A stretch of 64,000 nt of DNA from Trichosphaerium sp. ATCC 40318 (taxonomy: Eukaryota; Protista; Tubulinea). The position numbers and the translations under genes are program-made. Below are positions 35,429-49,636 of this stretch, piece by piece (the first letter of the stretch is position 1; the number at the start of each line of letters is the position of its first letter). Under the pieces are notes generated by a model, which searched no databases, was not told the DNA's origin, and saw only the letters and a program-made list of their open reading frames with translations. The stretch is from contig JALMLS010000316.1 of NCBI GenBank assembly GCA_038496445.1, positions 1 through 64,000 of the forward strand. Reading direction: 5' to 3'.

Positions 35429-36831
35429 ATGGGTAGTAGTTTATCTAGAACGTCACCAAGTGAACAGGTGCCCAAACGCCGACGAGAAGTGTCAGCCAAT
35501 CATACAAAAAAACAACGTCGACCATCAGAAAACCGGTCTAGACGCGTTGTAAACAATCGTAGAAGGCACAAAAAATATAACGGACCAAACAAAAGCCTAA
35601 ACGATTACGACCCTTACAACGCACGCTATATTAAGTCCAGAGACCTTGGAAACGGCGTCAAATCAGTTTTCGTTGTAAGCCCAGATGGTAGGAACTGCAG
35701 CTTTTATCTACAATCGCCTGTGGCGCCTCGCGTATACCCTCAAGGATACGTATATTCACCAACAGTACGACGAACCAGCTCTTTGACTTTTACTGTAAAC
35801 TGCAAAGAAGTTGGTCAGTCTGACAAACTTTTAGGTACAGCCAATACAATATATTGCTATGGCTCCACATCCACGACAAGGGTGGCTTCCTCATTCACCT
35901 CAAATGTACCACTATCAACCACAAGCGCCTGGTTACTATCCTTACCAGTACCAGCAATTTTACCAACCACAACACCAACAATCATCTTCGTCAACGTCGA
36001 CGCTGAGGACTCAAAATGTACGAATCCGTTTAACTAATGAAAGCGCTACTAGCGCTTTGAGATATTGTGTTACCTACATGGATACTTATGGCTACTGTAG
36101 ATTGAGTTAGACGGTGTAAGTATTGATAATATTTCAATACAAGTTCAACAAAGAAGCAGCGCTGCTGCTCTTGAAAGAGCCCTGAAACCAATACCTGGAG
36201 GAAATTTACTATCCACCAATGTTCTAGAGCCAGAAAATCTTGATCTTGTAACCATTTGCAAACAGAATATGGAGGTAACAAACGAACTAAACTAAAAATA
36301 GAAATAATCTTATTTTTTGTAAAAGGAACTTGACAGACAAGTTGCTATATCACTTTTGGAAGAAGATGAGTATTGTAGATACCCAGATAACACTCCAGGT
36401 AAGTATCTTGGTTTTTTTTATTGAATAAAGACACTCACGTGATCACTAGGATGGATTATTGCTCAAAACGACTTCCAACTTGCGATGCAACTAGAGCTTG
36501 GTGAGGATGACAATATGTCTGAAGAAGATATTTACAACGAAATTGAGGAGAAGGTTTTCAAATTGTCAATGGAAACACTACAACAAGATGAAGAAAATCG
36601 TAGTGCCAAAGAGTTTATGAAATCCTGCCAAGACTTCATGAATCAGAAACAAGTAGAAAAAGAGGAGGAACTAGAAGGTAAGAGTTTTGTGAAAAAAAAA
36701 TTGAAGTTTTGTGTCATTATTCTGATTTATTGCTAGAATATGATGAAGGCGAGTACATATGTTTTTATAGTGATAGTGACAGTGACAGTGATAGTGACAA
36801 TGACAGTGATAGTGACGACTACTACTATTGA
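35429..36831 (+). CDS. Hypothetical protein: MGSSLS myristoylation-type start, basic and Y/P/Q-rich regions, UIM-like helices, acidic SD tail
   Basis: Exons 35429-, 35837-, 36325-, 36450-, 36737-. ELDRQVAISLLEE and NDFQLAMQLEL resemble ubiquitin-interacting helices. Ends SDSDSDSDSDNDSDSDDYYY. Confidence 0.55.
36769..36819 (+). repeat. Coding hexamer microsatellite (AGTGAY)n encoding Ser-Asp
   Basis: agtgatagtgacagtgacagtgatagtgacaatgacagtgatagtgacgac. Confidence 0.85.
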
Positions 36832-37058
36832 ATTTAACCACGCCAACCCAAATGTAAAAAAAAAACGTGTTTTGAAAAAAACAAAAAATTACTTATTTCT
36901 CGGTTTTTTGCTAAGCTACCGGCTCGTAGTTAACTTCTAAACTTAATCTGATTATTGCTCACTTATGGTTTGTATCAATAAGACTTGTTTTGAAGAATGA
37001 GCAAAGATTTTTTTTTGGCGCGTTTTTTTTGAAAATTGCCATCTTTTCACTTTAAACA

Positions 37059-37652
37059 ATGAGCACAGAGCCTCTATCGAAACAACGAGCAAATAGGGAG
37101 GCATCAGAAATTGTGCGAGCGTATAAGCTCGATCCTTTCCCACAGGCACGTACGAAAGCGAAAAACTGCACTGGAAGCCTACTTGCTCTGCGACTGGTAT
37201 CTAGGTTGCGTTAAGGACCGAGTTAGAAGAAAAGTGTTAATGTTTTGATTCTACTGGCGCGAAGGAGCTATGCTCTGCGACTGGGATCTAGGTTGCGTTA
37301 AGGACCACTCTTTCGTGCCAATAGGAGTCGCAATCTTTTGTTTTGGGAGTATATAATGTATACTTTGCTAATTCGTGCCTAGGAAAGCTATGATGCAGCT
37401 CTAAAAGATCTAGCAGAGCGTCTAGTACAATCAAAACAGAAAACAACGTCATTAGTTGGCATAAAACGAAAGTACGATCGTTTAAAGCAAGCATTCGATG
37501 AATCACAAGTACAAGTTAAGAAACTGAGGGCCGCGCTAACGTTGGTACACGACACAGCAAAACCGTTTGTAAAGCCACAAGTCCCTTCTGACGATGATGC
37601 TGATGATGTAGTTTTAATTGCATCACCACCGCCTGTACGCCAAGACGAATAG
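37059..37652 (+). CDS. Small hypothetical coiled-coil protein; splicing unresolved
   Basis: First exon MSTEPLSKQRANREASEIVRAYKLDPFPQ; last exon ESYDAALKDLAERLVQSKQ..SPPPVRQDE-stop. The middle is confused by a 36-bp duplication. Confidence 0.4.
37184..37306 (+). repeat. 36-bp direct repeat, two copies (37184-37219, 37271-37306)
   Basis: tgctctgcgactgg(t/g)atctaggttgcgttaaggacc, one mismatch, 51 nt apart. Confidence 0.9.
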
Positions 37653-39461
37653 AACACTCACTAAGCGTGTAACAAACGTAGTTTTGGAGTTGTATTTTAG
37701 ACGCCACTTGTAAAAAAAAAAACCAATAAATGTACAAAGACCCAACATAATATAGCTACAATTTTCTTAATTATGTTATACCTCTAATCTATCATTACGT
37801 GTGTATAAGCGACGTGCATAGAAGCTATGATGGGCGATCTCATTGGTAATTTGAGTGGAAGAGCTGAATTTGTTTGCGCATTACGCACTCGTTCTTGTTC
37901 TTCTTATTTTCTTACTTGAAGATCTTACTCAACGACGAGATTATTGCTGTTGATCAAATCCTACAAAGGGATACTACTCACAGATTAGTGTATACGGCAC
38001 CTCAAGGTGCCAACTGATTGACAATCACTTCAAATATTGTAGAATGTTTTGCACCTCATCATCTATTTAATAGATTTTTATCCCGTTAAAATTATTGTAG
38101 AATGTTTTATCCCTAGCTCAATTACACCTTTATCAGAATCTGGCAAATACAAGAGACTTGTACAATCCAAAGACCAATCATTTGTAGGTGTATTCTAATC
38201 TTCAGGTTAACTTGGTATTGCATATTCCGTGTACATCATTGTAAAAATAACTACTTTTCACCTACCAAAAGCACAAACTTGTAAATCAACAAGAGATTAC
38301 ACTAGTATGCAGTAGCCGTTTTATCACAATATAACGTTAGCCAAATTAAGCAGTAGTTTGTGCGTGTCACGAGGTTTATCTAGAGTGACCCAGTTAACCA
38401 TGTTCTACAATACTTGTTTTAATATTCAAATGTTCTTTGTACTTGAGAGACTACCTACAATTTATTTCCTTTATATATGGGCATGTAGGTGAACCCATCT
38501 GTGCCAGGCTGGAATAACTATTATTTTACTAACCACAAAGTTGTCTATTCGTTAGCTGCTTTGTTTTTCCTTCGCTAGCGCTTTGTGATAAATTTGTTTG
38601 TTGTACAACAAGAGCATTGCACTCTCAATTTAATGACACGTGAACTTACATAACATCCATATTTCGCAATACTTGGACAGAAAGTTTTCACGAAAGCAAG
38701 TTGTTCTTTCACAAAAATCCAAACGTTTGAGTTTGTTGATAGTTTAGCAAGTTTATTTTTACCCAAAAATGATTTACCCAAAGCCCAACAAGTGACTTGT
38801 TCTCTAGTTGGAAACGAAATCCATAAACCCACTTGTCACCCAATATTTTTGAAGCAAGAGAACTACTTTATCACGTGTTGTCGGGTCAATTTTTTGTATT
38901 TTTATCTCAAATATTGTCGAGATTTCCACAATTCAGAACTTGTACAATATGCAGTTTTGTTCACTGTCACGACCCAACACCCATGTGCACCTTACCCAAA
39001 TAGTTAATTTTCGGTTTTCGTTTCCAAACTGCTATTTTACATGTTAGACATCAATTTAGAACTGTGTACACATTACCCAGTTGGATACCCGAATCCTGCA
39101 TTTTTTTTCACAAAAAACTCGAACCATACCCAATAAGTGCTCAACGTTTTCAGCGGCCAAAAGATAAGAAATACATTTCTTGATGTATTGCATACATGTT
39201 TCCATTTCACAACCCAACAAAATGGTTGGAAAACAAAGACAAGTATTCACATATCTCCTTCGTCTTATTCAAACTAAAGCTCCTTAGCCTGTACATTTAT
39301 AGGTTAATGTGTAAAGTTATTTTTAGCTAAATACCAACCCTCACTACGTGGCAAGATGAGAAACAAGTTACGCACAAGGACAAATTTTTGTTGTGATAGT
39401 GTTTTTTTTATTTGTTTTTTTTTCTTTTGTGTACATGTAAGACTGCCAAGTCTCACGTTAT

Positions 39462-40457
39462 TTAAAATTGAGGTGCATGCGCAATAGCGTTAAAATTTTG
39501 CACAAAAGCACCAGCATTGTACATACAATGAGATTGGAGGTTACCTGTCTTGCTCCAGGTCTTATATTCACCAACAATCTTACCATCTTGATAATTACAT
39601 TGCATAATAATCTGACCATTCTCGTTCCAGATACGAAACTCACCGCTCTCTTTTCCGTTTTTATGTGCACCAACAAGCCTAGGTTGACCACCCAAATACC
39701 ATTCTCTCCTCTCACCATTAAGTTCATTGTTTTTATAAATATAATGTTGAGCTAGACGACCATTTGTATGCCATAATTTGAAGTCACCGGTTTTGTTTCC
39801 ATTCTCGAAATGACAAACTTTTGCCAACTGACCGTTACCTCCAGGACCAAAATATTGCTTGAAATCACCGTGTTTAAGACCAAATAGATAATTACACTCC
39901 TTATAGAGAGTGCCATCTTGGAACCAAGCCTTAAACGATCCACTACGTTGACCTTTTCGGTAAAAGCAATGTCTCGCTAATTGACCATTACAGTGCCATT
40001 GCTTATACTCGCCATGGAATACACCGTTTCTTTGGCTACTTTCAATAGATAATTGTCCGTTTAGTAACCATGTTTTTACTTGTCCTTGTAGCTTTCCGCG
40101 CTTGTTAAAGTGACAATGACGCATTACTTGGCCGGATTTGTCGTATAGTTTGAATTCTCCGTATCTCTTTCCTTGACGGTATAATCCTTCTTGTACTACG
40201 ACTTTTACGCCTTTTTCGTTACGCCAGTACTTCCTAAACTCGCCGTGCTTGCGACCATTCTTGATTTCTTGAGTGATAGTTGTACGCCCGTTTTGAAGCT
40301 TCCATAGACCATGACGACGCATTTTCTCGTTATATCTAGAGTTTGTAGCGGCGTATTTAGAAAGTACAGGCCATTTAACGAATACTTCATAATCGAGGTT
40401 GTAAATGATTGATTGTAGTTCCAGAGGCAGTGAAAGGAGTTTAACTAAACGATTCAT
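39462..40457 (-). CDS. F-box-like motif plus MORN-variant (YwqK-like) repeat protein, intronless
   Basis: LLSLPLELQSIIY N-terminal motif, then about ten ~24-aa repeats (NG..HGE(F/Y)K.W..NGQL...C.(F/Y)). Single ~1 kb ORF, ATG at 40457. Confidence 0.85.
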   Translation of the reverse strand: MNRLVKLLSLPLELQSIIYNLDYEVFVKWPVLSKYAATNSRYNEKMRRHGLWKLQNGRTTITQEIKNGRKHGEFRKYWRNEKGVKVVVQEGLYRQGKRYGEFKLYDKSGQVMRHCHFNKRGKLQGQVKTWLLNGQLSIESSQRNGVFHGEYKQWHCNGQLARHCFYRKGQRSGSFKAWFQDGTLYKECNYLFGLKHGDFKQYFGPGGNGQLAKVCHFENGNKTGDFKLWHTNGRLAQHYIYKNNELNGERREWYLGGQPRLVGAHKNGKESGEFRIWNENGQIIMQCNYQDGKIVGEYKTWSKTGNLQSHCMYNAGAFVQNFNAIAHAPQF

Positions 40458-42007
40458 CAAAAACAGAGAATATAGAGCGGTACAAAGGCATTTTAAGTTG
40501 AAATGGTAAAGTCCTTTTCTTTTTGTAAAGTAAACTTACGTTCGCTCAATGGATACCCACGATATTGTGTAGTGCTTGGAGTGATGTTTTCTACGCATTT
40601 TCGCTTCTCTACAAAAAGGGTTAGTGAACCAATTTTAACGAAAAAAAGGTATTCGGAGATGATCAAAAAGTCAAAAAAAGGTAGTATTTGTAAAATGAAT
40701 GAAAGTGCCGACGATTGTGTTGTGTACGGTTGAAGTCTTTGATTAAAAATTCACGAATTTTTTTTTGAATCCTAGTTTTTTACGCTAAACAGCATTGAAG
40801 TGCTGAAATAATGTTTAGGAGTGCTAGACGAGTATAGTCGTATGCAACTTGCAACTTTTTGTAAGCCTTGAAATTTCCTTTTTTGCAGCGAACTGAACGG
40901 ATGAGTGCCGGAACAGAATAGAGTTGCAGAAAAGGTAGGAACTCGATGCAAAAATAGTTGTTCATGTGAAAAACGTTTGAACTACAAAAAATCCAAAACA
41001 CTGAAGATTTATTGAATCTACAGCGCCCAGATACATCAATTAGATGATGGAAGAAACGCAGGTGATCAACTTGAGCGTTTGAGGGATTATCATCAAAAAC
41101 TCCCGCAATTAACGGGTAAAAGCCCCATATGGATTGTAATGATGTTGGTATTCTATTTTCTTCGGTTTTGCATTTAAAAAGCGCCGGCACAGTTTTTTCT
41201 ATTTTTTTTTTTGTGTTTCTCCTTTTAAATGCGCAAAATTCTTATTCAATAGGATAATGTGCGTACCATTAGACATTTTTTAGGAATCTTTGGTGACGTT
41301 GCTACACTCAGAAAAGGAACCGGGTTTGACCCAATTTTCGGTTTTTACAACCAAATCCCGTTACACATGAACTATTTGAACCGAGATTACTACAAAGGAA
41401 CTATCATTTCTAGCCGCGAATAGAACACCCTTTACAAAAAGCTTTTTTTATCTCCTGAAGTTTTCTTTTTTTTACATTAGTTTCACGCGATTAATCGTCA
41501 TCCCAACTATAAGGATCATCCGCCTACGTCAAAAACAAAGTTAATTGTGTACGTGTCAATGTGGTAAAAGTCAAAAAATTCCTTTTGACCATGATGGGTC
41601 CACAATAGCGTTTATAGCGTTTATAAACGCGTCTAGTGCGTTACACATTGACAGTTTCGGGTATATTGGCTTAATGGGCGGTTTGGAGGCCGAAACGGCT
41701 TTGTTACAACTTTTAGTCAATAACTAGCGTAGTAAAAGTGCACGTTGAGATAATTGCAACCCAGTAATGCACTTTTACACCAACGCGTTCAAAAACCCCG
41801 ACTCCTGTGTGCGACACAAAACAACGCTCACGCCATTGATTGGTGAATAAAAGTAGAACAAATCGATGTAGAATGCTTTAGTGAGTAATTGGGTAACGCG
41901 ATTGGCAACGCAAAAAGAAGTTCCGGGTTGTTTCGTGCAGATAACAAAAAAATTTCACAAAAAAAATTTCGAACATTTCAAAAAAAAAAAAAAAAAGAAA
42001 TGACGAA

Positions 42008-45000
42008 TTACATTCTCTGTATGTTTTTTCGTACCAGATAATGATCATCTACATCACCTAGGATGTCTTGTAACTCGAAATCAACATCCATCATAGCATC
42101 GTCGTCATCTAAACCTGATACAGACTGGAAAAAAAAAAAGTTAGCGCTATATAACGTATAAATAACGTATAAAAAACTACAAGCGCGAAAACGTCATTAA
42201 ATATTCCTAGACCGTGATTGTGAAACAATATCGGTTTTCGGCCTCAATGGTAACCCCAAAAACGTGTGAACGATAATTTTTACGCGTTGTCGACCCGAAC
42301 ACCATCAAGCGAGCGTAATAAAAAAAGATCAAAAAAAAAAAACTGCAAAGCTTCAAAGTTTGTCCTTAATCCGTACATCATCGTCGTCTTCGTATGTTTG
42401 AGTAGTACAATCCCATAGGCGTAGAATACGTTGTAATCTGCCATATTGCTAACACGTGTTCGGTTAACTTGAAGTTTCTTTGTAAAAAGATCTGGCGTAC
42501 CTCAAGCAACATTGCTGACATGTTGTTTTCTAATACTACCAAGTCTAGTAAATCTCTACCTGGTTTGTATATCTGAGCAACAGGTTCAAATTGTCTTGTA
42601 TCTGAAACACTGATTCCAGATTCATTACCATCAGTAGAGCGAACTAAAACAAAAAGTTTGTGAATGACATTTTAGCTAAACAAAATTCACGAAAATATTT
42701 TCGTTCTAAAAATATCTACGTACTTGCAAATACAACGTCACTGCTTCTGTCAAATTTAAATCTAGCCTGGTCGAACTGTGGACCTATAAATATGTCATAT
42801 AAAAGAGATAAAACCATTTCAATGCGTACATGTTTTGATTAACTTGTATGTCCTTACATCCCATAGTTCACTATTAATTAAACACTCATTTCCGCTTGGA
42901 GTGAATGCATCTATTTATTACAAACTGTTACTTCCCACTGTGGGATATTTCAGAAAATATTTTACAACAAAGCAACAAAAAACCCTCAACAGGCAACAAA
43001 AGCATGAAAAAACCAACTTGGAAGGAAAAAAGAACATGTATGTTACGTGTTAACTTACCATGACCGTATTCCGTAAATCTATCAAAAGAGTGTATCAATG
43101 ACTTTGACCTTGGGATAATGTGTGAGCAATGTTTGATGGAAGAAATCGTAAGTCTTTTTTGTTTCTCAAACTTTTTTTTCCCGTGATCAACTGTGATAGC
43201 ATAGTGACTTTCTTGCTTTTTTTTGCCAAAAAAATGGTAACTTTAAATGTTCACAGATGTTTGCACTTACCGAATATCCCATAGCAGACCTTTAAAAAGT
43301 ATAGTACGATCATCAACACTGATTTGTGGAATTGCATCGTCGTGGTCGTCCAAACCATTTCGAGATGTCTGCCATACAACAGTACCACTTGATACATCAA
43401 CATAATTTATAGCTCCATGCTCAGTAAGACCAACAATACCCGAATTGTCGCGGGTTAACTTGGCTAAAGAAAAGTTAAAAAAAAATCACAAGCAGAACAC
43501 GTTTCGATATGAAGTCCTAACATTATCACAAAATCAACGTACCATAGGCAGCACTGAGGTCTATTATAGGTTCTGTCATATTATCAATAGTCCAAAGGCA
43601 AGTGTCATTTTGCAAACCACTAAAGAAGGAAAAATTAATATTTACAGTAAAAAATCTTAAAATAGGCTTCTTTGAATGAAATTCTCAGCGTGCGACAAAC
43701 TTCGTACCTGTACACTAAAAACCTTTTACCATCATTTGCAGCTTCAATACCGAGAACAGATTCATGTTTTGTCTCCCAAGTATGCTATACAAAGATCAAT
43801 AAAAGAAAACAAAGCATAGTTGTTTTGTCCAACAAAATCGTTTTTAAGTTCATACCTTTGCTTCACCACCATCAAGTCCATATAACATAATCTCTCCTGT
43901 AGGTGTACCTGCAATTAAATTATTTGCACCCAATACAGACATTGTGGAGTATCCATATTCCTGCTCCTCGTATAACAATGGAGTAGGCTGTAATTTATTC
44001 CATTTTAAAGATGCATCATGCTTTACACCACCAAACATGCCACCATGCTTCTTTCCTACTTGTGATGCAAAGAAACGTGATGCAAAATTTGTTGGTGCAC
44101 AATCAGCACGTATTGTTTTAATCTTCTCAGGACACTACAAAGAGTAAGACACTAAAGAAAAAAAAGAAAATTGTAATTAAAAAAATATCTTTGTACCTTA
44201 TGAGGCCGTAGTAATGATAATTCCGGAAGGGTTGCTATAGGGTGTCGACAGTGTCGGTGTTGATTGTGTAGGTATCTAAGAATGGTAAGAAATTAGAAGT
44301 TTTTGTCTGTTTTTTTAAAACGTACTCTGTGATTATCTTATTTAACATGGTACCCTGTAATCATAACTGTGAATATAGAAAACAAACAACATGAAATTCG
44401 CATATTAATTTTTTTTCAAAAACCTAGATGGCTATGGAGAAGTGTACGTACCTTTTCTCTTGCTATTTTCTCTTTTTTTTCTTTTTTTTCAGTATTAGCT
44501 TGTTCATTTATTTTGTAAGCTTTTACTCTGTATTCCTTCGTATTTGTATTAGTATTTGTATCTTTCAAGCTGTCTTGAGATGATTTCAAATCCTTTACAG
44601 GTTTATCCTTAGGCGTATTGGTATCAACTGGCTTTTTAGGTGCTAGTGACTTGGGAACTATTAATTTTTGCCTTTTCCGACTTAAAAATGTTTCCCCGTC
44701 AGGTTTTCTCTTTCCCAAGCTAAATGATCGCTTATTAAGGTTTAATTTACCCTCTCTAGCAAGCATATCGGCTGTTCTCTGATAGAAACTTAGCAAAACC
44801 TTCGCGTAGATGAAGAATAAAGTCGAAAACCTCAAACTTTTTGTAAAAGAAAAATCGGAATCCGACTGGACTTACTGTTAACCCTTGAGATGCCAGGTGA
44901 GCATGAATCACTTGTAATAGTTCTTTTTGAGAGTATGTAATAGTTGTAGCATTAACAATCCTGTTTGTCTCAAGTCTAGCAAGTGCGATATTGCTCTGAT

Positions 45001-48000
45001 CTCCCATTTTAAAGTCAAACTTTTGATTATCCTTACCATCTTTTCCAGTCAGACTTATCCTACTTAAAAGTCTATTCGCAGCTTCTGCAAAGTCTTTTCT
45101 TTGTTTTTGTCCAGTATGTATTGGATACTCCTGTATTTGTAGAATATCTTGAAGAATCCTAAATAGCTTCTTACTGAGCACTTGACTGATCATTGGATCT
45201 TTTGCCAAATATCTCAATACTCGACAAGCGAGTGTCTTTGCTTCAACAACACCTTCACTATTCAATCTTGCCTTGACGACATCTACAAGAACACTAACAC
45301 CATTTGCTGCTCTTAATTGTTTGACAGCGTTTGCGATAGGAGAATTATCTTGATTGTCGCTTGGCACTCCTTTCAGAAAATTTATTATAATCTAAGAAAA
45401 AATTGTATCGTTAATAGATTATCGTGACTTGAAGAAGATTTTTTGAAAAATAAACAGTACCTGAAGAGCATTGACGATCAAATACATATTCTCAAATTGT
45501 AAGAAATCGTGAACAATATCAACAATACAGATAAGACCTAATTTTGTTACAAATGTGGAAGCCCAAAACAACACGTTTTTTTAACGGCATACCTGATTTG
45601 TCACCATTCTGTACTTTTAAAAACTCGTCCCTCACAGCTGGTATAAGTGTCATAACAGCTACTATTGACAAAAGCTGAATGAGTGAGTCTTCACCCAACT
45701 GAAAGTGGTCCATATCTCCTGCGAGAAAAGCATACATTACAGGAAGATGTTGAACAAGCGAAGGTAGTGGCGTTGCAGGATAAGTGTTCACTAAACCCTT
45801 ACTAAAAGCTCTTACATATCCCAAGCAATGTGTAAAGACTTTTTTTTCACAAACCTCAATACACTTGTATCCAGGTATAGCTTGCTAAGTAAAAACAAAT
45901 AAGTTATTTCAAGCAATATGGTATCTTTTTGTTTGATGAAATTATATGTGTGACGTACTAGTACTAAACCTTTTCGCTTAAAGTGCTCTTCATTCAAGCG
46001 GAGAGTAACAACAAAGTATGTATGCAATGCATTGACACTGTGCTTGAGTACTGTCATGGCAAGAGTTGTTTGATCATTACTAGCAGCAACTTGTATACGT
46101 TCAACTGCCTTGAATATCTTTTCTATACCATGCTGTTCCCCAAAAATCTTCATTACAGTACCATACTTTAAAGCAATACCAAAAAAACTCATTATGGACT
46201 TTATACGATGTTGTGCAGTGGCACCTTCAACGAAAAAAGTTAGGAAACAGAATGTAAACACGTATGACGTTTACCTTCTATATCTTGATCAAGCACCCAC
46301 AATGCACGTGAAACTATCGTTTCAAGGTCAGCTCTGTTACGCTTGAGTGGCGTTAGGATCATTCAAGAGGTTAGATGCGTGTGGCGACGTACTAGACATA
46401 TTTGTTCCATAACAGAGGATGCTAGATAGTATAAGGCATTGCAAACCTCTACTGATAGATACAATGCTTCTGAGGACGTCTGGCGAGCTTTTTTGGTTGT
46501 TAGAAAAAGCTGTCGGAGATCAAGGTTAAGTCATACCGATAGCCTGTTCGAGAGCCATTAAGCCACCTCTATCCACGAAAACAGAACATAATTTCTTATG
46601 CATCGTCATACTTGTAACAAGTGTTATGGTTGCCTTTAAAATAGCGATATTATCTAGTAATGTGAGTCAATGTAAACACTTCCAATGTCCACTTGCTACA
46701 AATTGCCAAAAAAGAACAAAATGAAGAAGTTGCTTCATCGCAACCAACAAAGAGAAAATGGTTGTCAACGTTCTCCAAATGTATTTTACTTACCACTTTT
46801 GAGGTAGCTGAGTATGATATCAAGACCTCCTCCCATAAGTACGGGTCTAATTGACATTTAATACTTGACACATTTGGTGACACATGTCAACAAAAAATTC
46901 ATTGAAAATGACTTTGCCAGTTATTGTTGACTTGTACCCTATAGCGTTGTGGTAAGAACCACAAACCGTCCAAAAACACTCAAGAATATACTGTTGCTCC
47001 ATTTTAGCAAGGTTATCAGCGGACACATGCAGAGAGGAAAGCGGTGGCTAACGACGTTAGATATTTAGTTGATTTGATTCAGTGAAAGTACTTTTACAAC
47101 GTCCATATCAGGTGTCGTATTCTTCACTACAAGGCCTTCTCCCTTTGAAGAAAATTATTTAGGATGCTCCAGGATTATATTAAGGTTAAAAGAAGGTGAA
47201 TACGCACAAAGGAGTTCCCATCAATTTTTTTGTCAATGTACATTCTCAATCGTTTTAACAAGACCTCTCGGAACTATCCATCAAAAATGAGCCGTGAATA
47301 ACTTAAAAAAAAATAAGAGTACCTCCAGAGATACTTGTTCGCTTTCTTCGTCCATTGCATCCTACCATATTATAAATTTGGTTTTTTTTTATTATGTAAC
47401 TCGAAAATGTATATTTTGCATTTCGTAGCGCACCAAATACGACGCTAGAGTTCCAGTGGCATAAACGCGTATAGGAGAAGCCTTTTCTTCGAGCACCAGT
47501 TTGATAAGTTTGACTGTGTCAAGTTAGTGTAACGGGGAAGCGAGGATAAGTACGTACCAAGTATAAGCTCTTCTTGAGTATCTGAAATGAAGTAAAAAGC
47601 GCCTCTACTTGCGGCTACAATGATCTAAACGCAAATAAGCGAATAAAAAAAATCAAAGAAGTTTCACAAGATAGTTTCTCTAAAATACCCTGCAAGCTGC
47701 TAGTGTGGCGTCAGGGTCATCGGATATGAGTTCGTTTGTTATGAGAAGTATTAGATCTTCGTCACCTTGTAGACATTAATTAAAAACGTAGTTTGCGTTC
47801 TTTTAACCTTCAAATGCACTCAATAGTTGTCCTAAGCATGGTTACTACGCGAAACATGTCATTATGTCTTACCGATTGGCGTTCCTTCTCGTACTTCATC
47901 TGAGCCTTCAATAGACTTGTTGCGCTCAATGAAAGCGGTTTCTTCCTGTTCTAAGAGCGCGGCAAGTCTGTAAAATGTAAGTCTGTTTTAAATACTGGCC

Positions 48001-48248
48001 AAACAGCGTACCGATGCAAATTTTGTATTTTTTGGGCTTGGCTGGTATGTTCAAAACCGACAGAATTTAAATGTTCGAGAAACGTTTGCAGAAGAGGGTC
48101 TCCATACATATCAAACGCATCGCCGCCATCATCGTCCATTAACTAGTATACTTTAGGGCGCCTTACATTGTTTTATTCCAACTTGGTCGTATATTGATTC
48201 CCCATCAAGTTGCTCGAACGAATCAGAGGCGTCACTATCATCAGACAT
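42008..48248 (-). CDS. DCAF1: DCAF1/VprBP homologue (CRL4 substrate receptor: ARM-like, LisH, WD40, acidic tail)
   Basis: KTLACRVLRYLAKDPMISQVLSK, LARLETNRIVNATTITYSQKELLQVIHAHLASQGL..TADMLARE (LisH), and CRHPIATLPELSLLRPH..CPE match the characteristic DCAF1 segments. WD40-like exons and a D-rich C-terminus follow. Confidence 0.88.
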
Positions 48249-48514
48249 CAGTTTTAATCATTTTCTGAGAAGCCACACAGAGTCAATGCAATTCTGTGAC
48301 AAGCTGACCGGTTTTTGCCTTGTAAAAAGCTGTACAAGCGAACATTGCACCAAAATGCCGTTGATGTTCACTAAAAAGTCCTCGACTCGTCGTGCATGTA
48401 TAACCTCTATTCAGTCGTCTTGGAGTATACTTCCTTGCTAGAGGAACGTTCCCTTAAGCACAGAAAACTGATACAAATTCAATTTGTGATATAATACTGC
48501 TGTCTGACATAGCA

Positions 48515-49636
48515 ATGCGTATAAACGATACTCTGGTACTACTATCCTTCTTTATTGCATGCGTAGTCGCAATTTCACTTGACAGATCAGTTCAATGCCC
48601 ACATAGTAGTTGTACGAGCTTGTACAAGCGTTTTAAATGCGACTCAAAAACTGTCGTTTCATTTTTCTCGTCCAAAAAGTCTGCTAGTCTTTTTCTTCTC
48701 TCAAACAGCATGAATATCATGTAGTACTCTTTTGGACCTGTTTGGATAGAAACGGACAAATTCTTTATTGAACAAAACCAATACGGCTTGGGTTGCATCT
48801 CATTTTTCTAGTGGATTTGCGAGACGACACATCTTCTTTTTATTTCCACAGCTCGGGATCAGAAAACTCAGATCGCGTTTCATACCTTCCCACTAACTCT
48901 ACTGTGCGCTCTACAATTCCAACAAGGTATAACAAATTATACCTAATAGTTTTGCTAGGGTTGGATAAGCATTACACCTAACACTAAGACTGTACATCTG
49001 GAGTATAGCAACAGTACGCTCTAGAGAAGCTCAAGATGTTTATGTATTTCCTTTAGAAGCAAGTACAGCTACCGTTTTGGTGGCTGTTATCTCAACAAGT
49101 GATGGTAATAGTGTTACACACAGTATCATGTACGCAAGGAAAATCAAAACAATCACGTGCCAGTACAAAAATTTACTTGTTTTCTCTGGCCTCTGACGCA
49201 ACATTTCACGTCTTTTTTCTAGTTTCGTTAATGATGTATAAGGACGGAGTCGTTTGAAAATATGTTATCCATTCCAATTCCATTTGACGTCAACAAAGTC
49301 AAAATAGACTGGACAAGATGTACTGCAATTACGCTACAAGAGGCTGAAAGCAAGAGTACGAGAACATCAGAATCACCAAGTACTCCTGTAGTAGAGGCAC
49401 CTATTGACCCACCATCGACTAGTTTAAAGGAAAACACAGTACGTACTTTGTTAAGACTTATTTTTGTCTCCAGCTAATTTTTTCCGTTCTAGCCTTTATT
49501 GGTTTTCCTTTGCTTGGGAGTTGCAATAATCGCTGTTGCAATAACAATATTTTTATTTATTGCATTAAAACGCATGTTTGGGTGTGACAAGAAGTCGCAC
49601 AGTATCATCGCTCAAGATAGCGTTGCTTTGGTGTAG
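48515..49636 (+). CDS. Hypothetical type I membrane protein
   Basis: Signal peptide MRINDTLVLLSFFIACVVA, Cys-containing ectodomain exons, S/T/P stalk (STRTSESPSTPVVEAP), TM LLVFLCLGVAIIAVAITIFLFIAL followed by KR. Confidence 0.65.

Noticed and set aside
37184-37306. CRISPR-like repeat-spacer-repeat (36-bp repeats)
   Set aside because: Only two copies, no cas genes, eukaryotic intron context, and the repeat overlaps a splice acceptor.
39405-39428. A-rich tract after the F-box/MORN stop as a retrocopy poly(A) scar
   Set aside because: Similar A/T tracts follow many intron-containing genes here, and no target-site duplication was seen.
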